This document shows, one piece after another, positions 62,289-64,000 of a stretch of DNA of 64,000 bases; the first letter of the stretch is position 1, and each line of letters begins with the position of its first letter. Where the stretch lies: the NCBI GenBank assembly GCA_964477035.1, contig CAYZCW010000010.1:31215-95214 (forward strand), given 5' to 3'. A program made the translations under genes and the position numbers. This DNA is from an uncultured Bacteroidales bacterium (GTDB taxonomy: Bacteria > Bacteroidota > Bacteroidia > Bacteroidales > UBA7960). The notes beneath the pieces are model-generated. The model was not told the origin of the DNA. It made no database searches and was given only the letters and a program-made list of their open reading frames with translations.

Positions 62289-64000
62289 ATGGAAAACATC
62301 AACTCTTTCCATCAAACAACATGTAAAAAACAATCATCCGGCCGCACCGGCTTGTTTGTTTTTCATGGTTTCCAGCCATTAACCATGAAACCGGTCCTGC
62401 TGTTCTCAGCCCTGTTACTGATCTGGTCGTTGGGTTTGTCTGCACAGACCCCGGACGCGTCCAGCCAGGGACGCATCAGCCTGGTTTCCGGCGGATCCCT
62501 TTTTGAACAAAGCCTGTCCGAATCGGATCCCCAATGGCAAAACGTCGTCAATGCAGAGCGGCTTTCCGGCATCAGCGCCCTGGAAGCACCCACCAGTCTT
62601 GAAGGTTTGTGCGACAGGGATGAGTTTCAGTATTACGATGTGTCCGGCACGCCGGATTTCCTTATTTCCATTTCCGATGGCGTCCGGGATCTGGACTGCT
62701 GTGGCGCCACTTCGCCCCTGGGCGGCCGGTGCAGCGCCATCGTCCTGGAGATCGGCCCGGGGACCGGGTCCATCGCCATCAATATCAGTAGGGCCAACGC
62801 CACGGGCGCCCTGGGGTGGTGGCTGACCAACCTGGATGACCCGAACTTTGTCTACGGCACCTGTTCCGACGGGCCCTTTGCCAGGACGGATGTGGCCTGC
62901 CTCAGCGGGGCGGGAACCTATGTGCTGACCCTGTGCAAGCCGGGCGGCAACCAGTATACCATAGATATTATCGGTTCTGCCGCCCCGGCTGCCAATGACG
63001 ATGAGGTTATGGCAGGAAGCTTTACCGACCTGGAAGCCTTTGGTTTTATTGAGAGCACCGTATCTTTTTCCCTGGCAACCGAATATCCTGAGGGCACCCC
63101 GGTTAGCCAGCCCGCCTATTATATTGATTATTTGAGCCCGGCAACAGGCTCCCTGACGCCCACCCTGAGCTGGCCCGCCGGAGAACCCATCCCGGCCAGC
63201 GGGTATGTTTACTTCGATGTTTGTGGTGATGTGACCGCCGCCGCCGAAGAATGTATCGGAACGGGCAGCACCTACCAATGTGTCAAGATCAAGGTGCTGA
63301 TCATTCCTCCCCCGACCGCTCCGGTCAGTGGCGGAAACCAGGAGATCTGCGATGGGGAAACCATCCCCGCACTGACTGTCAGTGTCAGCGAACCCAATGT
63401 CACGGTGGATTGGTACGATGCTTCCAGCGGGGGAACCTTGCTTGCCTCCGGAACCCTGACCTATACTCCCAGCGCGGCAGGCACATACTGGGCTGAAGCC
63501 AGGAATACCGTCTATGGCGGCGTGAGCGCCACCCGCACCGGTGTCACCCTGACGATCAATCCGCTGCCTAATGTCAGCAATACCACTGATACTTTCTGTG
63601 CAGATTCTGAAGCAAGCAACACCGTTGCAGGGGTAGATCTGACAGATTATGAAAGCGAGATTCTGGATGATACGGGATTCAGCTTTGATTATTTTTCAGA
63701 TTCCAACTTGAATTCATTGGTTGCTGATCCGGAAAATCACAACGTTTCTCATGGAGATGTTATTTATGTTCTTGTGACAAACGTTGAAACCGGTTGCGAA
63801 AACACCGCCACCATCACCTTCACCGTGAACCCCCTGCCAGAAGCCAACGATACCTCCGACACCTTCTGTGAAGATACCGAAGGAGCGGGCACTTACGCAG
63901 GCGTGGACCTTGCGGCCTATGAAGACGACATCAACGACTCCGGGACTGTCACCTTCGGCTACTTTACCGACATGGCCATGACCATACCGGTAGCGGATCC
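62289..64000 (+). CDS. Large secreted Ig-like repeat surface protein, truncated by window end (probable T9SS cargo)
   Basis: Not in the ORF track because no stop lies in the window. Manual translation is open from ATG 62289 (or 62385, signal peptide MKPVLLFSALLLIWSLGLSA-Q) to 64000. Cys-rich N-domain, Ig-like module VDWYDASSGGTLLASG...YWAEA, then 90-aa repeats starting NPLP. Confidence 0.88.
   Translation, partial: MENINSFHQTTCKKQSSGRTGLFVFHGFQPLTMKPVLLFSALLLIWSLGLSAQTPDASSQGRISLVSGGSLFEQSLSESDPQWQNVVNAERLSGISALEAPTSLEGLCDRDEFQYYDVSGTPDFLISISDGVRDLDCCGATSPLGGRCSAIVLEIGPGTGSIAINISRANATGALGWWLTNLDDPNFVYGTCSDGPFARTDVACLSGAGTYVLTLCKPGGNQYTIDIIGSAAPAANDDEVMAGSFTDLEAFGFIESTVSFSLATEYPEGTPVSQPAYYIDYLSPATGSLTPTLSWPAGEPIPASGYVYFDVCGDVTAAAEECIGTGSTYQCVKIKVLIIPPPTAPVSGGNQEICDGETIPALTVSVSEPNVTVDWYDASSGGTLLASGTLTYTPSAAGTYWAEARNTVYGGVSATRTGVTLTINPLPNVSNTTDTFCADSEASNTVAGVDLTDYESEILDDTGFSFDYFSDSNLNSLVADPENHNVSHGDVIYVLVTNVETGCENTATITFTVNPLPEANDTSDTFCEDTEGAGTYAGVDLAAYEDDINDSGTVTFGYFTDMAMTIPVAD

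Noticed and set aside
61498-63496. ORF-track entries 61498-61770, 62415-63278, 62503-62826 and 63251-63496
   Set aside because: Either low-complexity AT-rich frames or alternative frames overlapping the real open-ended ORF that starts at 62289.

Overview
GC-rich Bacteroidota chromosome segment, probably Bacteroidales-like. The assignment rests on gene content, TAnnTTTG promoters and mostly SD-less start regions. Most of the window is core genome. On the minus strand it carries rpsU-xerC-hpf, four tRNAs (Thr/Tyr/Gly/Thr), then tuf-trnW-secE-nusG-rplKAJL-rpoBC. Next come pssA-purS-yraN, a peroxiredoxin, a GH3-dNK-kdsB-SPOR-trmB-ATL-nifU run, nadE, a PorT-like porin, gldB, engB and a glsA/glsB-like acyltransferase pair divergent from the mraZ-ftsZ division cluster. 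After that are FKBP, SRAP, a pseudouridine synthase, AsmA, ispE, an S9 peptidase, abgT and the start of a large Ig-repeat surface protein that runs off the end. No prophage, IS or CRISPR array is visible. The best candidate for an undescribed system is at 17.9-22.2 kb: a coupled five-gene exported-protein operon (LolA-like, signal-peptide-bearing YidD, two TPR proteins with TM2-like hairpins, one helical-repeat protein) converging on a small TM2 precursor gene. Other items worth checking are heptamer arrays before ftsW and murC, a tRNA-Tyr whose acceptor stem is 3 nt short, selective SD motifs at hpf and rpsU, and GH3 as a candidate amino-lipid ligase. All family calls come from motif recognition; no searches were run.
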